Source: Methanothermococcus sp. Ax23 (GTDB taxonomy: Archaea; AGJL01; Methanococci; Methanococcales; Methanococcaceae). Taken from it: a DNA stretch of 64,000 nt. The stretch spans positions 1,280,001-1,344,000 of the forward strand of contig NZ_CP157522.1 in NCBI RefSeq assembly GCF_049075655.1. Direction: 5' to 3'. Shown here in pieces: positions 9,907 to 19,790 of this stretch. Under the pieces are notes generated by a model that made no database searches, was not told the DNA's origin, and was given only the letters and a program-made list of their open reading frames with translations. Position numbers and translations under genes: made by a program. Position 1 is the stretch's first letter; every line of letters begins with the position of its first letter.

Positions 9907-9972
9907 TATTGAATCACCCAACGCTATTAAATAAATTATTACTAATTTACCACCTGCAATCTTGGACTTAAT

Positions 9973-10470
9973 TTAACATTCGTAGGATTCTATGGGGGTT
10001 ATGGTATAGGATAGGTCTTTGTTTTTTCTGAGAATCTCTAAAAATTTCACACATTTTGATGGGTCCTTGTTTGTCACAATAATATCACATATGGCTGTTA
10101 TGAAATCATCTGATGTAATTTCGGTTTTAAGTGGAACTGCACCGCAACATATAAAAGAATTTAATAGTTCCTTCTGAATAGTAAGACATTTTTCTGCGTC
10201 TCCTTTTATTCTAACTCGATAAGATGGGAAAACCAATTCATAACAATTTGTAATTATAACATTATACCCTTGCAAAATTTCACAGAGTTTTGTGCAATTT
10301 TCACTAGTTGTCTTTATTATAAATTTTAAAAAATAATGATTATGGTTTAACGTATTTGTAACCTTTATATCATAAACTCTTGAAACATTTTCTGCAACTA
10401 AAATTCTTAACTTATCAAATATTTCTGATTCACATAATGAGTGAATAACATACAATTTTTCCATACTCAT
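9973..10470 (-). CDS. Hypothetical protein, possibly two ACT-like domains
   Basis: 165 aa ORF with GGGTGA RBS; fold call is only an impression from the repeated alpha/beta pattern. Confidence 0.6.
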   Translation of the reverse strand: MSMEKLYVIHSLCESEIFDKLRILVAENVSRVYDIKVTNTLNHNHYFLKFIIKTTSENCTKLCEILQGYNVIITNCYELVFPSYRVRIKGDAEKCLTIQKELLNSFICCGAVPLKTEITSDDFITAICDIIVTNKDPSKCVKFLEILRKNKDLSYTITPIESYEC

Positions 10471-10631
10471 CTTTTCACCCTCTTAATTACATACGCCCAT
10501 ATATATTTTCATTTAAATATATATGTTTTAATATAAAAATATATATCATAAAACTGTGTAATTAAAAAATATTTTAAAATACATACATATAAATATATGC
10601 CATATTTAGAAATAGATATAAAATAGTGATT

Positions 10632-11027
10632 TTATAAGGGATTATACTGCAAAACCAGTAGAGTTATTGATATAATAATGGTAAATATTAAAAATACCAC
10701 TTCACTGAGACCTATGGTTCCATCATGTAGTTGTATTTTCGAATTTTCAGAATATCCTCTTGAAACCATTGCTAAATATGTTCGTTCCCCCTGCTCATAT
10801 GCTCTTATAAAGAGAGCTCCTACACTGTAACCAAATATATTCAGTATTTGTTTGTAACCAAATATATTCAGTATTTGTTTATATGTTAAATTTTTCCCAT
10901 TAAAACATCTTGACTGTTGAGCTCTCAATGTAGATTCTAAAACGTCATACATGATAAATATATATCTTATCATCAATCCCAAAAGTGTTGAAAAAATATT
11001 TGGAAGCCCCAACTTCCTTCTGCACAT
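10632..11027 (-). pseudogene. 5'-truncated CbiQ/NikQ (ECF T component) fragment
   Basis: Only the C-terminal half (RYIF..AQQSR..AMVSRGY); 27-bp tandem duplication at 10826-10880. Confidence 0.75.
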
Positions 11028-11069
11028 ATTACTTCATGCATCAGCAGGTACTTCACGTATATTCTATGA

Positions 11070-11969
11070 TTAATATTGTTTTAAAATAGATTTTAATAAA
11101 TCATATGCCTCATCTACGGTATTTGGTATTTCATCAATGTTTAATTTATCATTGAATTCATCTTTTATCTTTTTGAAAAGTTTTGCTATCTCTGGGACAT
11201 CCAAGTTTTCTTTTTCAAGTAATTCAATGTTGGAAAAAACATCCTTTGGACTTCCTTCAAATATTATTGTTTTGTTTAAAACATAACACCTATCTGCAAT
11301 TGAAACCAAATTTGGGTCGTGGCTAACAAAAATTATTGTTTTTCCTTCATTATTTAATTTCTTTATTAGATTGATAATATATCTTTTGCTTTTTGGGTCT
11401 AAATATGATGTTGGTTCATCCATTAAAATAATTTCTGGTTCAATTGAGATAACGGAGGCTATTGATGCTTTTTTCTTTTCACCCCCGCTTATATTGTAAG
11501 GATGTTTGTCTCTTAATCCATATATGTTCATATCTCTAAGAGTTTTATCTGTGATTTTCACTGCTTTTTCTTTTGAATATAGGTGCAAAGGTCCAAAAGC
11601 TACATCATCCCAAACAGTTGGACTAAACAGCATGATATCGGGGTCTTGAAACACAAAACCTACTTTGCTTCTGAAGTATTTCATAGAACTCTTTTTCATA
11701 AGAACTTTTTCAGTTAATTTTTTTCCTTCAAAATAAATTTCCCCACTGCTTGGAAATTCCAATCCATTTAGAATTTTTAATAATGTGGTTTTTCCAGCAC
11801 CATTTGAACCAATTATTGCGAGTATTTCACCACCATATATGTTCATATTAATATTACTTAATGCTAATGTGCCGTCTGGGTATTTATAGGACAAATTTTT
11901 TAATTCAAAAATCTTTTTATTTTTTTTATTTTTTTTCATATCAATATTATTTTTATTCATAATATACAC
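11070..11969 (-). CDS. nikO: ECF-type nickel transporter ATPase
   Basis: GSNGAGKT, ISGGEKKK, MDEPTSYLD; downstream of nikMNQ. Confidence 0.88.
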   Translation of the reverse strand: MYIMNKNNIDMKKNKKNKKIFELKNLSYKYPDGTLALSNINMNIYGGEILAIIGSNGAGKTTLLKILNGLEFPSSGEIYFEGKKLTEKVLMKKSSMKYFRSKVGFVFQDPDIMLFSPTVWDDVAFGPLHLYSKEKAVKITDKTLRDMNIYGLRDKHPYNISGGEKKKASIASVISIEPEIILMDEPTSYLDPKSKRYIINLIKKLNNEGKTIIFVSHDPNLVSIADRCYVLNKTIIFEGSPKDVFSNIELLEKENLDVPEIAKLFKKIKDEFNDKLNIDEIPNTVDEAYDLLKSILKQY

Positions 11970-12778
11970 CTGTCAATAATCATTGCAATCGCCATTATTA
12001 GCATTGAAACTATTAAAAATACATAATCTTTTGTTTTAATATAAAAATTAGAATATGTTTTTGGTTCATTTAAATAACCTCTCGAAAGCATTGCATAGTA
12101 TAAATCTTCCCCCATTTGATGTGTTTTTATAAATAAAGCCCCCATATTCTTCCCAGCTTCAATCCAGCTTTCTTTTAATCCTATATTTTTACATAACCTC
12201 GATTTTCTTGAATACATTGAATCTAAAAGTGTGTTCATAAGAAGAAAAATATATCGATAGGCAATTGTCATTATGGTAATTATTATGTCTGGAACCCCAA
12301 GGTTATTTAATGCCTTTGTTATATCATTCCATGTTGTTGTAATTGTAAGTAAAACTGCATAGGAAACAGCTGTTGCAACTCTTAATGTAAACATTATAGC
12401 ATAATACAATCCATTATCGCTAATGGCAATATATGGGTTATTTAATAGAACATAAATTGGTTTTCCGGGGGTTATAAATATAATTGGAACTGCAATAATA
12501 CCCGTGAAAATTGGAATAAATAACCATACTCTTTTTAAGTAGTGTTTTAATGGAATTTTTGAGATATAACAAAAAATTATAGATAATATATACAATCCAA
12601 AAATAACCTCTAAATGTTTTGTAAGAACAGTAATAACGATAAATGAAATAATAACTATTAGTTTTATCCTGGGTTCCATGGATTGTAATACCCCATTGTT
12701 TTTTGCATATTTTTCTGCAAAAACTGCCTCATTTATATATTTAATAACTCCCTCAATGGTTTTATTAAATAATTTCAT
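11957..12778 (-). CDS. nikQ: ECF-type nickel transporter T component
   Basis: EPRIKL, YRYIF, AMLSRGY motifs. Confidence 0.88.
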   Translation of the reverse strand: MKLFNKTIEGVIKYINEAVFAEKYAKNNGVLQSMEPRIKLIVIISFIVITVLTKHLEVIFGLYILSIIFCYISKIPLKHYLKRVWLFIPIFTGIIAVPIIFITPGKPIYVLLNNPYIAISDNGLYYAIMFTLRVATAVSYAVLLTITTTWNDITKALNNLGVPDIIITIMTIAYRYIFLLMNTLLDSMYSRKSRLCKNIGLKESWIEAGKNMGALFIKTHQMGEDLYYAMLSRGYLNEPKTYSNFYIKTKDYVFLIVSMLIMAIAMIIDRCIL

Positions 12779-12996
12779 TGAATCACCAACAAAAATATGA
12801 GATGTAAATTTCATAAAATATTAAATTAATTATTAATTAGTGACATTTATTATTTAAATAATATTTAAAATTTTATAGAAGATTAAAAATTTTAATTATC
12901 TAATATATATTTCAAAAATTATCTGTATAGGTTTACAGAAGACTTAAACCATTATTTAAAATATTCAAAATTATGAAAAAAAATTAAAAATGGAAA

Positions 12997-13335
12997 TTAT
13001 TGGGATGAAGGATTTATTGTTTTTACAAGGCCATAATATAAACCCATGCAGAGAACAACTCCAACTATTGCAGATAATATATAACCTATTGAAGCATGTG
13101 TAGGGTCATCCCATCCTGGAACATCATAATCTGGAAGTGGAGCGTAAGCCCAAACATCTGAAAGAGATTCAAGCCCTGAAATATCACCATGCACATTATC
13201 AGCTAAATCTTCTACACCCCATTCTCCCCAAGCGTCGCCATAATCCCATGTTATCAATATACCAAGGGGGGATAATATAATCAACACTCCAATTACTATA
13301 AAAAACTTTTTAATTAATGGATCATTAAAGTTCAT
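12997..13335 (-). CDS. nikN: NikN/PDGLE-like small component of the nickel ECF transporter
   Basis: AWGEW and APLPDY motifs between two transmembrane helices; GGTGA RBS. Confidence 0.85.
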   Translation of the reverse strand: MNFNDPLIKKFFIVIGVLIILSPLGILITWDYGDAWGEWGVEDLADNVHGDISGLESLSDVWAYAPLPDYDVPGWDDPTHASIGYILSAIVGVVLCMGLYYGLVKTINPSSQ

Positions 13336-13996
13336 CTTTTTCACCACCTGCAAGTTTTGAGAGATTAAATAAATCTGGCCTTGATTTTTTGACATACCAA
13401 ACCACTATTGCAGTTACTATGGCTGCGGCTGGTCCAGCAGTTATTAAATGAGCCAAAGCCATTGCTGGAACAGATACTGTAAAAGGGTATGGACAGTATC
13501 CAGGCTGTATATATGGTTGAAGTCCAAACTCAAATCCTGCTACAATTGCAGCTGCAACAATACCAATATATGCACCAATACCACTGGCAGCAACATCCCC
13601 AATTTTATTTTTTAATATTTTATAGCAATAATAACCAATGAAGGGTAAAACTACACCCATATTAAAACAGTTTGCTCCAAGTGCTGTTATTCCACCATCA
13701 CCAAAGAATAATGCCTGTATTAGTAATACTATTGAAATAGCAACTGTTGCGGTCCATGGGTTCCCCATTAATATTGCTATCAATGTTCCACCTACCATGT
13801 GTGCGGTGGTTCCATCAGGCACAGGTAGGTTATACATCATTACTAAGAAAGAAAATGCCGTCAAAACTCCAAGAAGTGGTATTTGTTTGGGATGCAGGGT
13901 TTTTAACTTTTTAATTGCAATAGCCCAAAAGAACAACATTATAATATAAAATATTGCACATGTTATTGGGCCTAAATACCCATCTGGTATATGCAT
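13325..13996 (-). CDS. nikM: ECF-type nickel transporter S component
   Basis: N-terminal MHIPDGYL metal-binding signature, GDGGITALGAN. Confidence 0.9.
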   Translation of the reverse strand: MHIPDGYLGPITCAIFYIIMLFFWAIAIKKLKTLHPKQIPLLGVLTAFSFLVMMYNLPVPDGTTAHMVGGTLIAILMGNPWTATVAISIVLLIQALFFGDGGITALGANCFNMGVVLPFIGYYCYKILKNKIGDVAASGIGAYIGIVAAAIVAGFEFGLQPYIQPGYCPYPFTVSVPAMALAHLITAGPAAAIVTAIVVWYVKKSRPDLFNLSKLAGGEKDEL

Positions 13997-14069
13997 ATTT
14001 TCACCTTTTTTTATATTTTTTCATATTCTTATGTATTTTTTTGTATTTTTTAATATTTATTTGTATTTT

Positions 14070-14086
14070 AGTAATACCATATTACT
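14070..14086. promoter_or_regulatory. Possible NikR-type operator palindrome AGTAAT-N5-ATTACT
   Basis: Inverted repeat upstream of nikM; the region is very AT-rich so chance is plausible. Confidence 0.3.
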
Positions 14087-14245
14087 TTAATAAAATTAAT
14101 AATATTTATAGTTTTTCATAAAATTTTTTGTAATAATTTTTAATATATTTTTATAAAAAATATTACCTGAGAATAATTATATAAAATATTTATATTATAG
14201 TGTAGTGTATTTAGAACACTTTACAGCATAATTGGTGGGTAAATA

Positions 14246-17200
14246 ATGATAAATACGATATACGATATTTTAAAAGAGAATGGCATCACTGAGCTCAGAC
14301 CTCCACAAAAAAAAGTAATCGAAGGAGGGCTATTAAATAAAAATAAAAATTTTTTAATCTGCATACCTACGGCATCGGGGAAAACACTTATTGGTGAGAT
14401 GGCATTTATAAACCATCTTTTAAATGAGAATAAAAATCCCACAAATAAAAAAGGATTGTTCATTGTTCCTTTAAAGGCACTTGCAAATGAGAAATACGAA
14501 GAATTTAAGGAGAAATATGAAAAATACGGTTTAAAAGTAGCATTGTCCATTGGAGATTTTGATGAAAAAGATGAACTAAGCGGATATGATTTAATAATCA
14601 CGACAGCGGAAAAGCTCGATTCACTGATTAGGCACAATATAGGGTGGATAAATGACGTATCTGTTGTAGTTATAGATGAAATCCATTTAATAGGAGATGA
14701 TGGGAGAGGGGGAACCCTTGAAATTCTACTTACAAAACTGAAAAGCAAATACGACACCCAAATAATTGGACTATCTGCCACCATAGGAAATCCCGAAGAG
14801 TTTGCCAAATGGCTAAATGCTGAGCTGGTTATGGACGAGTGGAGACCTGTTGAATTAAGAAAGGGAGTAGGGTATGACGACAAAATCATATTTATTGATG
14901 AGGATGGAAATGTCATAGAGGAATACGTTATTAATGGAACATCTAAAAACAGCATGTTTAATATTGTAGTGGATAGTGTTTTAAAGGACGGCTCATGCCT
15001 GATATTTTGCAATTCAAAGAGAGGGGCAGTTAATGAAGCAAAAAAATTAAATTTGAAAAAATATTTATCAGCTGATGAAGTAGCGGAGCTCCGAAATTTA
15101 AAAGAGGAAGTCCTAATGGCACTTGACCCGCCAACAGAAACCTGCAAAACCCTTGCGGAATGTATTGAAAGGGGTGTAGCATTCCATCATGCAGGTTTAA
15201 CCTACGAACAGCGGAAAATTGTTGAAGATGGATTCAGAAAAAAGCTGATAAAGGTAATTTGTTGCACTCCGACACTCTGTTTAAATGCAAATACTGAGAT
15301 ATTACAAGAAAGTGGGTTTAAAAAGATTACAGAATTGAATAAAAATGAAAAGGTATTTGCATTGTGTGGAAATAAAATAAAACCGGTGGATTGTTGGAAA
15401 GTCCATAAGACCCCGCAACATGAGTATAATATTGTTGTAAAAACAGCAAATGGGCTAAAAATTACCACAACTCCTAATCATTTGTTCTTAGTTAAAAAAG
15501 GAAAAGATACTTGTGAAAAAGAAGCAAAGGATTTAAAAATAGGGGATTATGTGGCTACTACTGATAAAATAGTAGTTGAAGAAAGAGATATCGATTTATC
15601 CTATGGGGACATTTATTTCATTGGATATTTTATAGGGGATGGATATACTGGCGTTATTGAAAAAAATGTATTTAGGGGCAGTCCAGATATTGCATTTAAT
15701 CCAAAATCCTCGCCAAATTTCGACGACTCCAAATTACATAAAAAATACTTCTTAAAGCATAGGGAAATGGAAGGTGTATCTCATTATATATATTCAAAAA
15801 AACTAAGGAAAGTATTCAACAAATTGAACATGCTAACCAAGAATAACAAGAATATTGATACATTTTACAATCTTCCATTGGAAAAATTTTCATACTTTAT
15901 TGCAGGGTTGTTTGATAGTGATGGATACATTAATGCCAATAGAAAGGAAATTGAATTCGATTCAATATCGGAAAATCTAATCAAAAAACTACAATTGGGA
16001 TTATTGAGGTTTGGAATACATAGCACCATTAGAAAAAGAAAAGGAAAAGTTATGAAACTTGACAAAACCTTCGGGTTTTGTAAGTCAGCGAATCCAAAGG
16101 ATTCGCTTCGATCACCAACGAATTATAAAGAATATAAAAGTAGGGACATTTATAAACTAATAATTGGTGATTTTATAAGTGTAAAAAGATTTTATGAAAA
16201 TATTCCACTGAGGCACAAGGAAAAAAGAAGAAAATTGGAGGAAATCGTAAAAAGTAAGGAAATTGCTAAAATGTGGTGTGATTGTGGATTTAGCACTGAT
16301 TTAACTATGTTTAAGCCGAGAACAGAAAGTCAGAGGAACTTGAATAAAAAGCGTATAAACTTGCTTTTTGAACTATTAAATGGGAAAAAATTGATTATGA
16401 ATTACAAGAGCTATTATTCAAAGAGAAAGAATTCTCATTTTGAATTCATAACAAGAGAAAATGTGGGAGGAAATAAGAAAGGAGTATATTATTCCCTAAA
16501 TAATAAAGGAAAGATTTTAATGAATCTTCTTAATAAAAATATAAAAAATAAAGAGAATTTAGAAGAAATGTATGATTTCTTAACAAATCTTGAAAAATGT
16601 CCAATTTGTGGTAAGCCACTCTACAAAGAAATAAGATACAGTTGGAAAAAAGAATATTATGATGAAGATATTTATTGGGATGCAATTAAAGAAATTAAAA
16701 AAATAAAAGTAAATGACAAATATGCTTATGACATAGAACTGCCTGATGATGGGACAAATGACCATTATGTTGTGGCGAATGGATTTATTGTGCATAACTC
16801 TGCGGGACTAAATTTACCTTGTAGAAGGGCAATCGTAAGGGATTTAAAGAGATTTTCCAGCAGAGGTATGGCCCCAATTCCAAAAATGGAAATTCATCAG
16901 TGCATTGGAAGAGCTGGACGGCCAAATTTAGACCCCTATGGTGAAGGAATAATATATGTAAGCAATAGGGAGAACCCTGAAAGCATTGAAAATGCAAAAA
17001 ACTATTTAATTGGAAATGTGGAGGAAATTTACTCAAAACTATCTAATCAGAAGGTTTTAAGAACTCATATACTTGGGTTAATTACCACAGGTGAGGTTAA
17101 AAACAAAAATGATTTAGAGGAATTTATAAAAAATACATTCTATGCTCATCAATATCAAAATACTGAAAAAATTTTGGAAAATATTGATGAAATAACCAAT

Positions 17201-18061
17201 TTTTTAGAGAAAAATGGATTTATACAGTTAAATTATGGTTCAAATGATAATAATAACAATAATAATGTAAAGATGCTCGTATTGGATAACAATTCATTGA
17301 CTGTTAAATCAAGATACGAGGGCGAAAATATATATTATACTATCACACCCCTTGGAAAGAGGGTTTCGGAGCTCTACATAGACCCACTAAGTGCAGAGAT
17401 TATTATAGATGGATTGAAGGAGCTCCATAAAAAAACATTAAATTCAGCAAGTCCAAAAACTATGGATTATTATATTTTTTATATACTATATATAATATCA
17501 AAAACCACCGAAATGCAGCCAGCTTTAAGAGTAAAAAAATTTGAAGAGGAGGATTTAATTTATGAGATGATAAATTTGGATATGGGCGTAGATATGAACG
17601 ATATATCTTTGGAAAATTTAGAATATTTTAAAAATGCCAAAATGTTCTATGATTGGATTAATGAAGTTCCTGAGGAAAAGATTTTGGAGAAATACAACAT
17701 TGAGCCGGGAATTTTACGATACAAGGTAGAACAATCTAAATGGATGATTCATTCTGCAAAAGAAATATTTGATTTGCTTGATATTGAAAATAAATTCATA
17801 AGGGACTGTTTAAATGATTTGGAGATAAGAATAGAATATGGTGCAAAACAGGATATCATAGAACTCCTAAAAATAAAACATATTGGTAGGGTCAGAGCTC
17901 GAACATTATATAATTCAGGTATAAAAAATGTAAGGGATATCGTTAATAACCCTAAAAAAGTCATTAATTTATTGGGGGAAAAAATAACAAAGAAAATTTT
18001 AGAGGAACTGGGTGTGGATGTTAAATTTGGTCAGATGAAACTTTCAATGTATGATATGTGA
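14246..18061 (+). CDS. hel308: Hel308/Hjm SF2 DNA helicase containing an intein
   Basis: PTASGKT, DEIH, SAT, FHHAGL, QCIGRAGRP motifs; motif V TPTL|SAGLNLP is split by the intein. Confidence 0.95.
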   Translation: MINTIYDILKENGITELRPPQKKVIEGGLLNKNKNFLICIPTASGKTLIGEMAFINHLLNENKNPTNKKGLFIVPLKALANEKYEEFKEKYEKYGLKVALSIGDFDEKDELSGYDLIITTAEKLDSLIRHNIGWINDVSVVVIDEIHLIGDDGRGGTLEILLTKLKSKYDTQIIGLSATIGNPEEFAKWLNAELVMDEWRPVELRKGVGYDDKIIFIDEDGNVIEEYVINGTSKNSMFNIVVDSVLKDGSCLIFCNSKRGAVNEAKKLNLKKYLSADEVAELRNLKEEVLMALDPPTETCKTLAECIERGVAFHHAGLTYEQRKIVEDGFRKKLIKVICCTPTLCLNANTEILQESGFKKITELNKNEKVFALCGNKIKPVDCWKVHKTPQHEYNIVVKTANGLKITTTPNHLFLVKKGKDTCEKEAKDLKIGDYVATTDKIVVEERDIDLSYGDIYFIGYFIGDGYTGVIEKNVFRGSPDIAFNPKSSPNFDDSKLHKKYFLKHREMEGVSHYIYSKKLRKVFNKLNMLTKNNKNIDTFYNLPLEKFSYFIAGLFDSDGYINANRKEIEFDSISENLIKKLQLGLLRFGIHSTIRKRKGKVMKLDKTFGFCKSANPKDSLRSPTNYKEYKSRDIYKLIIGDFISVKRFYENIPLRHKEKRRKLEEIVKSKEIAKMWCDCGFSTDLTMFKPRTESQRNLNKKRINLLFELLNGKKLIMNYKSYYSKRKNSHFEFITRENVGGNKKGVYYSLNNKGKILMNLLNKNIKNKENLEEMYDFLTNLEKCPICGKPLYKEIRYSWKKEYYDEDIYWDAIKEIKKIKVNDKYAYDIELPDDGTNDHYVVANGFIVHNSAGLNLPCRRAIVRDLKRFSSRGMAPIPKMEIHQCIGRAGRPNLDPYGEGIIYVSNRENPESIENAKNYLIGNVEEIYSKLSNQKVLRTHILGLITTGEVKNKNDLEEFIKNTFYAHQYQNTEKILENIDEITNFLEKNGFIQLNYGSNDNNNNNNVKMLVLDNNSLTVKSRYEGENIYYTITPLGKRVSELYIDPLSAEIIIDGLKELHKKTLNSASPKTMDYYIFYILYIISKTTEMQPALRVKKFEEEDLIYEMINLDMGVDMNDISLENLEYFKNAKMFYDWINEVPEEKILEKYNIEPGILRYKVEQSKWMIHSAKEIFDLLDIENKFIRDCLNDLEIRIEYGAKQDIIELLKIKHIGRVRARTLYNSGIKNVRDIVNNPKKVINLLGEKITKKILEELGVDVKFGQMKLSMYDM
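15278..16798 (+). mobile_element. Intein (507 aa) with LAGLIDADG endonuclease in Hel308
   Basis: Starts CLNANT, block B TPNHLF, GYFIGDG and AGLFDSDG, ends VVANGFIVHN before Ser. Confidence 0.93.
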
Positions 18062-18118
18062 TATGACAAAATATACTAAAATATAACAAAACACCCAAAT
18101 ATGATTTAAAATAAAAAT

Positions 18119-18180
18119 AACTGCTCAGCTGTCCCCGTTGTCATCACGAATCAGTGAAGTCGGCACTCATCATTGCAGTT
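18119..18180 (-). ncRNA. Box C/D methylation guide sRNA
   Basis: Minus strand AACTGCA-ATGATGA(C)-GTGCCGACTTCA-CTGA(D')-TTC-GTGATGA(C')-CAACGGGGACAG-CTGA(D)-GCAGTT: two 12-nt guides and a 6-bp terminal stem. Confidence 0.92.
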
Positions 18181-18387
18181 TAATAAAAAAATTAGCTACT
18201 CTGCGAGCTCTTATTTATTTTCAGATGTTATATAATAAAACAATGTCATCGTTTTTATAGCTTTGTATGTTAAATATGTATAAACATTTTATAAAATATA
18301 ACTTAAAATTACCATTATTTATTTTAATTAACATATTGTTATTATATTTGTATTGGAAGCATATGTTATTGGTGGAGGAGGTAAAAA

Positions 18388-19737
18388 ATGAAAAATTTGA
18401 ATCGTAAAACCAAAATATTAATAACAATGGGTCCATCCATTGAAAATAAATTAAAAGATGTAGTTAAACTAATAGATGGCATTAGATTCAACATGTCACA
18501 TACTGATGTTGAAGATATTAAAAAATATCTAGATATTTTAGAGAAAAACAACATTGCCAAATTAATGGATTTAAAGGGGAACAAAATAAGAATAAAAAAG
18601 ACCTTTAAGTCGGAGCTAAAAAATGGGGATGAGCTCGTAATTGGGAAGGACATAATATTATCATATCATCCAATAGATGAAGCAGAAGAAGACCATTTTA
18701 TACTTATAAACGATGGAAAGATAAAATTAAAAGTTAAAAGAATAAAGGATAATTTAATATATTCCGAGGTATTAATTGGCGGTGTTGTAAAAGAGGGGAT
18801 GGGCGTAAATCTACCGGATACTCATTTAAAAATACCTATAATATCCAACGAAGACATAGAGAATATAAAATTTGCCATAGAACATGATTTTGAATACATA
18901 TCACTATCTTTTGTTAGAAATAAGGATGATATTATTAATTTAAGAAATATAATATCTGAACAGGATGGGAATATCTCTATAATCGCCAAAATAGAGACAA
19001 AGGAAGGGTTAAGGAATATAGATGAAATAGCAAAATATTCTGATGGTGTCATGGTTGCTAGGGGTGATTTGGGGGTTGAAATTCCTATTGAATATATCCC
19101 GATAGAACAAAAAAATATAATAAATACTACAAATAAATGGGGAAAATTGACAATAACTGCCACTCAAATGCTTGATTCAATGGTGTCTAACCCATATCCT
19201 ACAAGGGCTGAGATAACAGATATTGCAAATGCCATATTTGACGGAACAGATTGTTTAATGCTCTCGAATGAAACGGCAGTTGGAAAATATCCAATAGAAG
19301 CCATTAAAGTTATGAACAAGGTTGCAAAGATTTCAGAACAAAATATGGAAAAATTTGCCGTGGAAACTTGCTTAGAGGGTTCTTCCATTTCAACAGGCAT
19401 AGCACATGCTACATACACCCTTTACACAAAATTAAATCCAAAGATAATAATGACTCCAACATGGTCTGGAAAAAGTGCCATGCTTATATCAAAGTTTAGA
19501 CCAAAAGTTCCAATAATTGCTTTAACTCCAAACGTGAAAACATTTAAAAAATTAAGGCTTGTTTGGGGCGTGATTCCTCACTATGTTGATGAAGTAAATA
19601 ATGTGGATGACATATTGGAAATATCAAAGAAGGTGGCAGAAAGTATGATTGACGAAGGTATATACATTACCACGCTAGGTCATCCAGTTGGCAAGAAAAA
19701 GACCAACGTGATTAAGGTTGGAGTTATAAAAAGGTAA
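18388..19737 (+). CDS. pyk: Pyruvate kinase
   Basis: RFNMSH, AKIE, MVARGDLGVE, ATQMLDSM, PTRAEITD. Confidence 0.97.
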   Translation: MKNLNRKTKILITMGPSIENKLKDVVKLIDGIRFNMSHTDVEDIKKYLDILEKNNIAKLMDLKGNKIRIKKTFKSELKNGDELVIGKDIILSYHPIDEAEEDHFILINDGKIKLKVKRIKDNLIYSEVLIGGVVKEGMGVNLPDTHLKIPIISNEDIENIKFAIEHDFEYISLSFVRNKDDIINLRNIISEQDGNISIIAKIETKEGLRNIDEIAKYSDGVMVARGDLGVEIPIEYIPIEQKNIINTTNKWGKLTITATQMLDSMVSNPYPTRAEITDIANAIFDGTDCLMLSNETAVGKYPIEAIKVMNKVAKISEQNMEKFAVETCLEGSSISTGIAHATYTLYTKLNPKIIMTPTWSGKSAMLISKFRPKVPIIALTPNVKTFKKLRLVWGVIPHYVDEVNNVDDILEISKKVAESMIDEGIYITTLGHPVGKKKTNVIKVGVIKR

Positions 19738-19790
19738 TAAGAATAAAAATATATTCCATTACATAGGTAGTTATAAATTATGGTGATATT

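Noticed and set aside
14221-15147. 308-aa antisense ORF and the many other shadow ORFs
   Set aside because: They lie opposite well-supported genes and have the Ser/Phe/Ile-rich composition typical of antisense frames
17242-17266. Poly-Asn (AAT/AAC) microsatellite in hel308, similar ones at about 59272 and 39050
   Set aside because: Ordinary low-complexity slippage in an AT-rich genome
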